Assembly (NCBI GenBank): GCA_964016885.1
Contig: OZ024741.1
Location: 323,826,001-323,890,000 of the forward strand
Reading direction: 5' to 3'
DNA length: 64,000 nucleotides
Source: Eledone cirrhosa
Taxonomy: Eukaryota
Shown in pieces: positions 31,277-43,474 of this stretch; position 1 is the stretch's first letter, and each line of letters starts with the position of its first letter. The notes beneath the pieces are model-generated. The model saw nothing but the letters and a program-made list of their open reading frames with translations, was not told the DNA's origin and ran no database searches. The position numbers and the translations under genes were made by a program.

Positions 31277-31466
31277 TAACGAAGGAGATGTGGTAAGGAA
31301 CCAGATGGACCATAACGCACCAGAGTACTCAATACTTAGGGTAGTAGAGTGGGTAATAGGAAAAAGTATGACCCCGACGGCAGAGCTCAAACCGTTTCGA
31401 CGGCTATTTAAGTCCAGAAATAGCCGTCGAAACGGCTTGAGCTCTGCCGTCGGGGTCATACTTTTT

Positions 31467-31471
<5 letters not shown>
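31277..31471 (-). mobile_element. Short fold-back element in (TA)n; relatives at 32088-32210, 3585-3656, 8091-8152
   Basis: ~54-bp near-perfect arms (31357-31410 / 31418-31471). All four loci share the terminus ttgagtact.tggtg.gttatggt.ca.tggttcc.taccacat.tccttcgtt(TA)n. Confidence 0.75.
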
Positions 31472-31527
<56 letters not shown>

Positions 31528-31816
31528 GTATGTATGCACACACTGACACTGATGCTTAAGCACACACTCTCAACTTGCCCATGCATGCACATACACACAT
31601 ATGAGTATCATATATGGAGTCTCATACACATATGCACACAAACATAACATACGTTACTATACCCACCAACATACACGTATTACATATATTCTATATATAT
31701 CACATGCATGCGTGGGTTTCTACATATTCAGTGAATAGTAAGGGCACCAAAGTGACATAATATATGTCATGCATTTTAAGCGTGGTGGAGCCCCTTCCTT
31801 AACAGTTTTACACACA

Positions 31817-31870
<54 letters not shown>

Positions 31871-32228
31871 TAGAAAGATATATATTACAGAGCTGCAGAA
31901 CTGATATTTTATTTGTCGACCTCAAAAGGATAAAATGCAAAGTTAAACTCTGCGGGATTTGAATGCAAAATTCATGGAGCTGAAATGAATATCACTAATC
32001 ATTTCTAGCTGATGTTCTAGCGTCTTTGCCTATTCGCTGCCAATACACACACACACACATGCATATGCATATATATATATATATATATAACGAAGGAAAT
32101 GTGGTAAGGAACCAGGTGGACCATAACTCACCAAGGTACTCAATACTTAGGGTAGTAGAGTGGGTAATAGGAACGAGTAAAACCCCGTCGGGGTCCTACT
32201 CGTTCCTATATATATATATATATATATA

Positions 32229-32362
32229 TATTTGAAAAAAAGGAAAAGAATGACTTCACTTGCAGTTCTAAATAATTTGATTTAACTTTATAATATTATA
32301 ATATTATGATAAATTATTGAGAACTACAAGTGAAGTCATTATTTTTCTTTTTTTTCAAATAT
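32229..32362. repeat. Short inverted repeat next to (TA)n
   Basis: aatgacttcacttgcagttct / agaactacaagtgaagtcatt, with flanking arms of ~50 bp. Confidence 0.75.
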
Positions 32363-32392
32363 ACCTAACTGTACCAAGGATCTAACACATTT

Positions 32393-32484
<92 letters not shown>

Positions 32485-32726
32485 AAATACAAATAGAAGC
32501 TTCGCCGTAATATGTTTGACTATATAGTATAGTCTAATAATGGGGAGTATTAACCCACAGATGGGCATCATTACGTATAGGGGTGGAACCCACACTTCTC
32601 GTTTGCCGGATGAGTACGCTACCACTACCAAACGTTGCTCACCGCGTTACAAATTCACTTCCTTTGTATGTATATATATATATATATAGAAATTACATGA
32701 ATCAAACTTCTGTTTAAACCATTTAT

Positions 32727-32775
32727 TCGCTTACAATTGCTTCTTCCAAACCGAGGTTTGGAGTCTTCGGAGCAA
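32727..32775 (-). ncRNA. Degenerate type I HHR motif
   Basis: ttgct CCGAAGA c-tccaaacc-tc-ggtttgga-a GAAG caattg TA agcga, followed by AATAAA; two core substitutions. Confidence 0.5.
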
Positions 32776-33315
32776 TTTTTCAATGATTGTTTACATACTT
32801 GACCTCCTTTTCAACACAAGAGACATACAGAAACATATGTGTATATTGACGCACAGTGGGTTGACATCCATTATAATATTCTAGCATGGCAATTTACATT
32901 CAAAGATTAAAGTCATATTAAAAGAAAACAAAATTAAAGTTAAGATACAACATTGGCAGTTTACGAAGATAAAGCAAGAGGATAGTTGGAAGTAGTTAGT
33001 GTATGCAATAGTTACACGTGGGGCATGCACGTGTGTCTTATTTATATGAGATTATAGTGCGGCAGGGTGTTATATGTAATACAAGCACTTTAAGCGGGCA
33101 ATCAAGAGTATTATGGGGGTTGTATTGGTAAAGTATTTTTTTATATGTATGATATAGAAGCTTGTGTGTAGAGAAATATTAAAAATATTAAAAATGAGAA
33201 GTAAAACAATGTTATGGTTTTCGTATACACCACCATTTTCACAATCGAGGAAACATATATATATATAAATGAAAAGTAAAGAAATTGTTGTATCGAGAAG
33301 CTAACAGTATTCCAT

Positions 33316-33424
<109 letters not shown>

Positions 33425-33446
33425 ATTTACACACACACACATAGAA

Positions 33447-33489
<43 letters not shown>

Positions 33490-33685
33490 GTGTGTATATG
33501 TATATATATATTGTTTAGTTGTTTTTTTTAAATTGAATTTTTAAAATATTGCATCATTCTTACAGCAGGGTGGAGGTGAAGTTGCAGATGTTAGAATATT
33601 CTACAGTATTTAGTACCTAGTATATTTCAGTTCAAATCCTTCTTCTTTGACCACTTATTCTTGAGAGGATCATGGAGCAGTCCTC

Positions 33686-34285
33686 GAGGGACTCATTTTA
33701 TAACATGTTATCCATGTGCAACCTGCAGTATTCTTCTCCCCATTTTTTCACATATATTTACCTAAACTGCGATTCTGTTTTTCTCTCTCTCTCTCTTACT
33801 GCTCCCTCGTTCTCTCTGTTTCTCTTACTTTCTTTCGCCCCCTCTGTCATGTCAGTTAACACTTTCTCTCTACTGACCTCTTCCTCACACTTCCACTCAC
33901 TCACTCACTGTTTCTCCCCTTCTCACTTCATCCCGTTCGCGACGAAAACAATTTCCTTCTTTCTTACATTTGGATTCATCTCGAAAGGTCCTTTTCTACG
34001 CGCTCATATATTCACCCAGCTTATGCTGACAGAATAACTATGTAGCTTGTGCCTTTCCTATCTACGGTTAGCTTTCCTCTTTGTTGTTTACTTGTCTCAC
34101 TCGCTTTACGCGTTTTAATTGTCCTAATAACTTAATTTAGTTATTATTGCACCAACGTGAGGTATATGATTTTTAATGCAATGAAATATCTATGATCGTT
34201 GGCAAATCACTGATGAGGGACTCATTTTATAACATGTTATCCATGTGCAACCTGCAGTATTCTTCTCCCCATTTTTTCACATATA
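33686..34285 (+). repeat. ~530-bp unit with ~70-bp terminal direct repeat
   Basis: gagggactcattttataacatg...ttttttcacatatat is present at 33686-33757 and 34215-34285. Confidence 0.7.
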
Positions 34286-34837
34286 TAGGATATATATATA
34301 TATATATAGGATATCAAACTCCCAATGGAGTTGTAGTAGCACCGGCGTGATTTGAAACTCTGATGTATATATATATATATATTACTGTTTTTACATATAT
34401 TGTTCATAATATACATTATTACTATACATATACATAGCATAGCATTAATATATAAATTTGCAAGTCTTTCATTATGAAAATAATTGAACAAGTTGTGCTT
34501 GTAAACCCCTACAGACGAAACAAATTGACAGCTTCACCTGTGGGATTCAAATTCACATTAGCCGTACGGTGTGTGAGTTCGACATCTTCAGGCGATGTTA
34601 TCCACTATTTTTCGTCTCTCAGGGCTTATATGTTCAGCTTCTTCGACTACCTTTCATTGCCAAAAACCTTGAACATGAAGCTAACATACGTTCCAAATTC
34701 TTCATTTGCTCAACGGTCCGTAAAAATACAGTTATTTATATATGTAACACCTACACCACGTGGAAGATTGACATTCTACCCTTTGAGCGCTCTTTATTTC
34801 CTTGTCTTACACAACCAGCACATTATCAAGCTTAGAA

Positions 34838-35080
34838 TGGATCTATACCAGCTGGATTAGCCCTTAAAGACAATTCCCACTCCCTCCTACCAAGTTTATT
34901 TAAAGCTTCTTTTAAAAAAACAGAAGACGTCGTGAAATGCTTGAGCCGGCGGGCATTGGCTTTCGACGGCAACTTTACGGGCATTGTCGATACCTACCAA
35001 CTAAAACCGAGCCTATCCACCCAAGGTGATTGACCTCACTCCTTTCGAAGCGGACATTCTTGACTTAGTCACTGCGTTAC
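34838..35080 (+). pseudogene. Possible N-terminal fragment of a PLE ORF
   Basis: LKTIPTPSYQVYLKLLLKKTEDVVKCLSRRA...LTPFEADILDLV resembles the KNIPxP..LxxKxE..RMRW..FExDL pattern recalled from PLE N-termini; stop and frameshift present. Confidence 0.4.
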
Positions 35081-35439
35081 TTTCCGCAAACACTCTTGCC
35101 CTTTCGAAAACAAACATAGCAGAGACATTAAAACATTTAGATCTTCCAATAATACTTTCGTCCTATCTGATAAAACAAACAACATTTATATATAACCCTA
35201 TGTTACCACGAACGTGAGAATGAGTATTCATTTATTATGATTAAGTGGCGAGTATTGTTATTCTGGAATTAATACGCACGTCTTCCTCTTTCTATTTCAA
35301 CTTTTATTTCTCTCTATATATTCTTATGAAGACTAATGTCTGAAATATTAAGACTCTTTCCTATTATTTCAAGTGCTAAACTAATATATTTCTTGATTGT
35401 ACTATGTCGTTTGCTTTATTATGTTTGCTTACTTTTTAC

Positions 35440-35507
35440 TCACACAGACACACATATATATATGTATATGTATGTATATACATCACAGTATATACACACA
35501 CATGCAC

Positions 35508-35556
<49 letters not shown>

Positions 35557-35932
35557 TACACTCTTTACATATATATACATATAATAATAATAGTATTTAT
35601 ACTTATATATATAATATATATACAATTATCAATACGAAAGGGTAATGTTGTGTATTACCCAATGCATTATATGCATTAAACAAAAATTTGATTGTTTTAT
35701 ATTTTGTATATATACATACATACATTTATATGCATACATACATATATATATATTCATATATATATACACATATATATACATATATATGTATATGCATACA
35801 TATATATATTCATATGCATACATATATATATTCACATATGTTGTTCCCCACCAACACCCCACTCTCCAGAGCGTGAAATTAATAAACATTCGTTGTACTG
35901 CCTCTCTGTTTTGTTCCTGTTCAAATTTTTCC

Positions 35933-35976
<44 letters not shown>

Positions 35977-36228
35977 TATATATATGTATGTATGCATATA
36001 CATATATATGTATATATATATGTATATATATATATGAATATATATATGTATGTATGCATATATATGTAAGTATATATACAAAATATAAAAGAATCAAATT
36101 TTTGTTTAATGCATATAATGCATTGGGTAATACAAAACATTACCCTTTCGTATTGATAATTGTATATAGATTATATATATAAGTATAAATACTATTATTA
36201 TTATATGTATATATATGTAAAGCGTATA

Positions 36229-36305
<77 letters not shown>

Positions 36306-36353
36306 GTGTATGCGTGTGTATATATACTGTGATGTATATACATACATACATAT

Positions 36354-36370
<17 letters not shown>
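35440..36370. repeat. Long inverted repeat of microsatellite-rich DNA
   Basis: ~35440-35830 is the reverse complement of ~35970-36370 (e.g. caattatcaatacgaaagggtaatg / cattaccctttcgtattgataattg) around a unique ~100-bp spacer. Confidence 0.85.
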
Positions 36371-36428
<58 letters not shown>

Positions 36429-36502
36429 CATGTGTGTGCTTAAAGCGTCCGTATGCGGTAGGCCGAATGAGAACTCGATTCCCTCGTAGAGCAGAGTATG
36501 AT

Positions 36503-36742
36503 GATATCACAGAAAAAAGAGAATCAGTGTTGCGACGAAAGTAATTTATTGGACATATTACAATTCGTTCTCGGGCGACCAGCTCGAGGCACTATCGAGA
36601 CATATCCAAGGACCGTGCGATTTGAGAGTCAGGTTTGATCACCACATCGATCGTGCCTCGAACTGGTCGCCCGAGAAACAATTGCAATATGTCCAATAAA
36701 TCCTTTCGTCGCAACACTGATTCTCTTTTTTCTGTGATATAT
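36503..36742 (+). mobile_element. Fold-back element with decayed long-helix-II HHR (36599-36693)
   Basis: ~95-bp inverted arms; gacatat CCAAGGA [62 nt] GAAA caattg CA atatgtc. Confidence 0.65.
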
Positions 36743-37023
36743 ATATACATATATACATAGGCACAGACAGATACATAAGCAAACGCATATATAAATATAT
36801 ATTAACAAATATAGACCGAGAGATATTTAGGCTGTGTTAATGCATAGATTTATTAAACATATCATAAACATTGTACTTCTAATTAATCGACATCCGCTAC
36901 TTTACTTCAGAAATTTCTTTCAAATATTTCTCACATTTTAATCATTTATTAAAGAGTTTTTTAGATTTCGAATTTAATCTTTTGTCGTATTTATTACTTT
37001 TGGCTTTTAAATCTTAACTTCAA

Positions 37024-38210
37024 ATGATAGTGAAAATGCCTATAGTGGTGAAGGTGGTGACGGTGTTGGTTGTGAAGACATGTGTAGTGGTGGAGATGGT
37101 GATAATGGTAGTGGTGAGGGTAAGGGTGATGATGGCAGTAGTAATGGTGATAATGGTAGAGGTGTTAATGGTAGTGGTGATGCCAAGGGTGATGATGGTA
37201 GTGGTGATATTAAGGATGATGATGTTAGTGGTAATGGTAGTGGTGATGGTGGAGGTGTTAATGGTAGTGGTGATGGTGGGGGTGTTAATGGTAGTGGTGA
37301 TATTAAGGGTGATGATGGCAGTGGTGATATTAAGGGTGATGGTGTTAGTGGTAATGGTAGTGGTGATGGTGGAGGTGTTAATGGTAGTGGTGATGGTAAG
37401 GGTGATGGTAAGGGTGATGGTGTTAGCGGTAATAGTAGTGGCAATGGTAGTGGTGATGGTATGGGTGATGATGGCAGTGGTGATATTAAGGGTGATGGTG
37501 GTAGCGGTAATGGTAGTGGTGATGGTAGTGGTGATGGTAGTGGTGATGGCAGTGGTGATATTAAGGGTGATGGTGGTAGCGGTAATGGTAGTGGTGATGG
37601 TAGTGGTGATGGGAAGGGTGATGGTAGTGGTGATGGTATGGGTGATGGTAGTGGTGATGGGAAGGGTGATGGTGGTAGCGGTAATGGTAGTGGTGATGGT
37701 AGTGGTGATGGGAAGGGTGATGGTAGTGGTGATGGGAAGGGTGATGGTGGCAGTGGTGATATTAAGGGTGATGGTGGTAGCGGTAATGGTAGTGGTGATG
37801 GTAGTGGTGATGGGAAGGGTGATGGTGGCAGTGGTGATATTAAGGGTGATGGTGGTAGCGGTAATGGTAGTGGTGATGGTAGTGGTGATGGGAAGGGTGA
37901 TGGTAGTGGTGATGGGAAGGGTGATGGTAGTGGTGATGGGAAGGGTGATGGTAGTGGTGATGGGAAGGGTGATGGTAGTGGTGATGGGAAGGGTGATGGT
38001 GGCAGTGGTGATATTAAGGGTGATGGTGGTAGCGGTAATGGTAGTGGTGATGGTAGTGGTGATGGGAAGGGTGATGGTGGCAGTGGTGATATTAAGGGTG
38101 ATGGTGGTAGCGGTAATGGTAGTGGTGATGGTAGTGGTGATGGGAAGGGTGATGGTGGCAGTGGTGATATTAAGGGTAATGGTGGTAATGGCAGTGGTGA
38201 TGGTAATAAC
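37024..38210. repeat. Trinucleotide-derived minisatellite (GGT/GAT/AGT) with 12-, 24- and 78-bp periodicities
   Basis: Units such as gtgatggtagtggtgatgggaagg; open in several frames on both strands. Confidence 0.9.
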
Positions 38211-38366
38211 TGTAATAGACATGTTATAGACAGAGTCAACATGTTCAACATGACTGGTTTACAATCAAAACCAATGAAATTTTAACGATCTGACAAAGGA
38301 TTGAGTGGAAATTGGAATGACGACGCTTGGTGCTTTGTAGTCTAATGTTTAATTTATTAGATGTAT

Positions 38367-38408
<42 letters not shown>

Positions 38409-38414
38409 TATACA

Positions 38415-38905
38415 TGTATGTATAGTATATTGCCAAATATACTGTGTTTAATTAAAAACATTTTGAAGACCATTCGATATGAGTTTTAAAGTAGTGCCTA
38501 TGTCACTTACTTATTCTCTGCAAAAGCAAAGAAGAGTGATCGACAGTCCTGTTTCTCGCTCGTTAGCGTTTATCTAGACCACTCACTCATTTGATTCTGC
38601 AGAGCGTTATAGAAGCAGGATTCTTATAGAATTACAGTAATATTTAAGAGCTGATTAAACAGAGCGGTTGCCGGTCCAGCAAAAATTAGGTATTAGTATT
38701 GCTGTTCTGAAAAAGTGATGTATACATGAACATATGTATAGTATATTTGGCAATATACTGTATGTTTAATTAAAAACATTTTGAAGACTCTTCTTTGCTT
38801 TTGTCGAGAATACGTAAGTGACGCAGTCACTACTTTAAAGCTAATGGCGAATGGTCTTCAAAATGTTATTAATAAATTATACAGTATATTGCCAAATATA
38901 CTATA
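38415..38905 (-). mobile_element. Diverged ~316-bp relative of the 310-bp HHR repeat (about 1.2 units plus inverted arm)
   Basis: Shares aacattttgaagac, aaaagcaa.gaag and agagcggttgccggtcc.gca.aaattag with the 55-58 kb unit. Decayed HHR at 38534-38584; 38788-38905 is inverted. Confidence 0.75.
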
Positions 38906-38948
38906 TATATATTCATATATACATCGTTATTTCAGACCACCAATACTA

Positions 38949-39034
<86 letters not shown>

Positions 39035-39073
39035 GTATATATCTATACACATATATATATATATATGTGTTTG

Positions 39074-39389
39074 CAGTGGCGGACTGGCCAGATTGCCAGG
39101 TTGCCCAATGGCAAGTGGTCCCAGGACGCCCACGGTAGCATTGCAAGAGTCCACAGTAGCATTACAGGGCCCACTGTAGTATTTTAGGGGCCAATGCTTT
39201 GCTTTAAAAAAATACCTGAAATCAAAGAGCAAGAATAAAATTAAAAAATAAATAAATAAAACAATGAAGCAAAGCATTTGGTCAACCAATTCTCCAGTGT
39301 AAATAGTTGGAATCAGTGGTTGTACATTCTACTAAATCTAAAGCTTAGTCTATTCATTCATGCATGCAAACATACATATGTAGACACAG

Positions 39390-39466
<77 letters not shown>

Positions 39467-39778
39467 GGAAAACGAAAAATCAGTGATGCATCGGAACTCA
39501 ATTTATTGCGTATTACAATTGTTTCCCCGGCGAATAGCTCGAGGTGCGATCTGTCTGTGGATCGACTTGACTCTGGATTCGCAGGTTCCTCAAACACGTC
39601 TATTGATTTCGGAGCAGATCCTCTATTTTCCTTTTCCATTCTATCCTACTCTGCTCCGTAGGAGCATAGAGTGCTCAACCGGCATACCGTATATATACTT
39701 ACACACGAACTAGTGAGCAAATAATATTTGGTATCAATGGGTTAAAGACATTTGTCAAATCAATTAGTGGTGAAGGTG

Positions 39779-39829
<51 letters not shown>

Positions 39830-39864
39830 TAGATAGAGAGAGATAGATAGATAGATAGATACAT

Positions 39865-39958
<94 letters not shown>

Positions 39959-40173
39959 AGTGAGTGTGAAAGAACGGTTATTATTTCGCAAAATCCAATT
40001 TTATTGGAGAAGGTCAGATATTTTTCCGAAAAAATTTGATTGCACTGTTTTGTTTCCAATTATGTATTTTTTGAAATGTTACCTATTCATTACACAAATT
40101 AAGTGATAGTATTCTATATGTAGGTGGGGCCCTTTCACCTGGCAACCAATATTTTTAGACCTAGACGCCACTG
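39074..40173. mobile_element. Possible hAT-like non-autonomous DNA transposon with nested insertions
   Basis: Termini CAGTGGCG / CGCCACTG and subterminal ttgccagg / cctggcaa; no clear 8-bp TSD. Confidence 0.4.
39508..39599 (-). ncRNA. HHR variant with ~61-nt helix II
   Basis: cgtgt TTGAGGA [a-cctgcgaat...attcgccggg] GAAA caattg TA atacg, then AATAAA and (TA)n. Confidence 0.6.
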
Positions 40174-41069
40174 AATATGTATATATATATTGCCAATCAT
40201 TGTAAGTTTGAATCTAACTGACATGGAAAAACATATATATAGGAATAAGGTAAGCCCAAATCATATAGATTCAAATATCACAGAGAGAACGAGAGAGAGA
40301 GAGAGAGAGAGAGGGAGAGGGGGGGGGGAATGAGGTGGAACAGGTTAAAATGTTGTGTAGATAGATGAGAATCAAAACGATGTAGTTTATGGAACACCCA
40401 AATGATTTAGAAGTCGACCTTAAGTAGGAGTAATAACATTAAGAAAGACATGAACGACACCATAACACTTTGTTTTAAAAATTGTGAAAGTAGGTTTATA
40501 AGTATGACAATTATTGACACATAGTGCTGGGCCCATGGTACCATGTGACGACAAGTGAAGAGAGATCTCCAGATATAAAGCAATGCCTGTGCCGTGAAGC
40601 TTTTATAGTGAGCAAAGGCACTGCACAAAGCCAGTCCCACTCTCTTAACCAAGATGATATTTACCAAAAAGAAGAACAAGCCAACATCATTGGATACCAT
40701 CAGGGTTGCAGGTGTTATATGAGAGTTTTCATTCTCCTAGAATTCTGCCTTGACAAAGGCTAAGGGGTCATCTCTCCCGGTGATTTTGGATGGCCATTGA
40801 CTCTTACGTGCTCCTTATGTCAGGTCACCAGTTGGTGCTACTGGTAACATGTATCCCAGTACAATATGTCTAATAATCTGGTCGTTGGCGACTAAACTGG
40901 CAACCCCACCAAGGTTTCTTGGTGAGGAGGGTGACTTTGGACATCCTGCAGGACTAAAAACAAAACCTGTCAAAGGATATACATATATACGTATATACAT
41001 ACATACATATATACATACATATATACAGACATATATAGATACATACATAACACTTTCCTAAACAGTACT

Positions 41070-43100
41070 GTCACCCCGCATCCCGTTCAAGACCGACTAA
41101 GAGATGATATGGTCTCATAGTCGTCTAAAATAAGGTTTTGTATGCGCGCGTCGGAAATCCCGGTCACGCTAACGGCAGTTAGAGCCAGATCTAGTGACCT
41201 CAGGTCGTTGACCAAGTGACCTTGCTTCCAGAGAAATTACCGACCACGGACATGTATATACCCTACTCTTATAATAGCCAAGTTGGTTGACTGGTCAAGC
41301 GAAAGAAAGGGAAAGGGGCTATTTACCCACCGGGCTCTGCTGGAGATCGAATGGTTCGACTTCCATATTTGATCCGGTTTTCTTGGGAACTCACTTAAAA
41401 GTCTACTGGTGGCTCTCACATTAGGAGTTATCTCGTCATGTGGAAAGCTCACCCTAATCCCTTTGTAGGCACCCAACTACACCCGTACTATCAGACGCTT
41501 TAAATGTGTTGATGTAAAAAATATCTCTTCCTCTGCTTTGTGCTATGAGGGCCAACAGTTTTTTGTTATACCGTCTTACTAGCACTAAGTTTCGTGTATG
41601 TAGTGTTGTTTGTTGTTGATTTTGTGTGTTCATGTGTTTTTTCGTTTGATTGAGGTTGTGGTAGGGTTAATGGTGGTGTTGATGGCGGTTTTATTGTGGT
41701 CTCAGATGTACCTGTGTTTGGTGTGGGTGCGTGTTTTGTGTTTTCTGAAGTGAGTTTTGGTGTCTGGCAGGGAGTATTGTTTGATTGCTTAGTTTTTTGT
41801 GTTTCCTTTTCTCCTTCCCTGGGAGGTGAGGAAGTGCATGTGTTTGATAATGGTTGGGGTGCAAGTATGTTTGTGGATTTGTGTGTGTGCTTTGAACGGG
41901 TGGAGAGAGAAATAGAGTGGGAGAGCTTTCTTTGTGGGAATCTATTTTTGGTGGTGGTGGAAGCTAAGTTGCTGTTGTTGGTTTCGTGGTTGGTGCTGTA
42001 GTTGTTGTTGTTGCTGTTGTTATGGCCGTTGAGGTTCAAGTGTTCGTAGCAAGGTATCCTTGTGTTTCTCTGTCATCTGTTGAGGAAAAAAGCTCTTAAC
42101 TACCCTGTTTTCCCGCACAAATGACAACGGGTTTCTTTTGCCTTCAATGATGGCCCGTAGCTCTACGGCACCCGAAAGACTAATTAGGTCTGGGATATTT
42201 CCAGTCTTCTTTCGTTTGATCTGGAGAAGTATCTCCAGGTTCTCTTTACCCCCAGGAGCGTTTCGCTTCTCTCTAGGACGATCCATCAGATTTAAATTTC
42301 TGGCCGGAACTCAGCAACGCGGAATTTTAGTGTCTCTTTTCCCATACGAGAGGGAAACAAAATGAATTGGTACGTTTTGCTGGGAAACACAAAGTACCTT
42401 TTGACAAGGCCTCGCTATTGAAGAACACCGAAATGCTCTCAAGGTGCTTGACCCTTGCCATGTGTTGAATATCTTGTATCAAGCCCTTTAGAGCAGCCTC
42501 CACATGGGATGGTGGGAACCAGCTCCGGAATTTTCTTTTACTTGATACCAATATATCTATAAGTGAAAGTTTTTCTCCTTGTTTCTGCTAACACCTCAGA
42601 CAAACGCTTATCTTGGCCCAAGTTTTGTCAACATTTACTAATTTGGCTGCTTGCGCCAAACACATCTCTCCTTGTGATGTCCATAGGAAGCAAGACCACA
42701 GTTTCTATAGCTGTTACTGCGAATGTGAATTTCATGTTTATGATATTGCCGTTGTTATTGTTGCTCCTGCTATTGCTATTGTAGTTATCTTTGTTATTGT
42801 TGTTGCTGTTGTTGTTATTGTTGTTGTTGCTGCTGTTGTCACTGTTATTGTCGTTATTATTGTTGTTGTTTTTATTATCGTTGCCATTGTGGGTGGTTCT
42901 GCTGTGTTCATAGTTTTTGCCGATTTTGCTGCTGTTGTGGTTGTTGTTGTGGGTGACGATGGCCTTGTTGACTGTAGTGGTGGTCGTTAGAAGTAAAGTT
43001 GATGGTGGTAGGGTTGTTTTCAACCTTTAGACTTGAAAGCAAGTCGTTGTCGTGTGGCAGTGGCTGGAAGGGGAGGGGCGTATCACCTCCATTTTTTAAA
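41070..43100 (-). mobile_element. Degraded Tx1/L1-like LINE 5' part (ORF1 plus start of endonuclease)
   Basis: AIIRVGYIHVRGR*FLWKQGHLVNDLRSLD at ~41190-41280 is homologous to the ORF2 starts of the other two LINEs; low-complexity ORF1-like DNA lies upstream. Confidence 0.6.
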
Positions 43101-43277
43101 GCTTATTAGTGCGAAATTCAAAAAAATTAAGTTCAAATAATTGAGCAGTAAGAAAATCTTAACAATGAATTTTATGCAAACACCGGAATATCAACAAATC
43201 TTATGGAGCGATAGGTTCACACGTTTTGAGAGACCTAACAACAAAGATGATAATAATAATAATAATAATAATAATAA

Positions 43278-43462
43278 TGGTTTCTACCTTTTGGCACAAG
43301 ACCAGCAATTACCCAGTGCATTAATGGTACTTTATTTTATCGACCCCGTAAGGATGAAAGGCAAAGTTAACCTCGGTGGGATTTGAACTCAGAATGGCAA
43401 GGACCGTAACTCTGTGCGTCAAAGCATGGCGTCCGACCCTCTACCGATACTGCCAATCCACT
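43278..43462 (-). mobile_element. tRNA-derived SINE (family A)
   Basis: Reverse complement of the consensus with a (TAA)n tail. Confidence 0.85.
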
Positions 43463-43474
43463 AATAATAATAAT

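Noticed and set aside
34515-34600. Minus-strand CTGAAGA...GAAG hammerhead candidate
   Set aside because: No helix I complementarity and an altered core.
37020-38285. Four ~400-aa ORFs, including a Gly/Asp/Ser-rich one resembling a structural protein
   Set aside because: Open in several frames on both strands because the repeat units are multiples of three; no signal peptide, unique domain or splice context.
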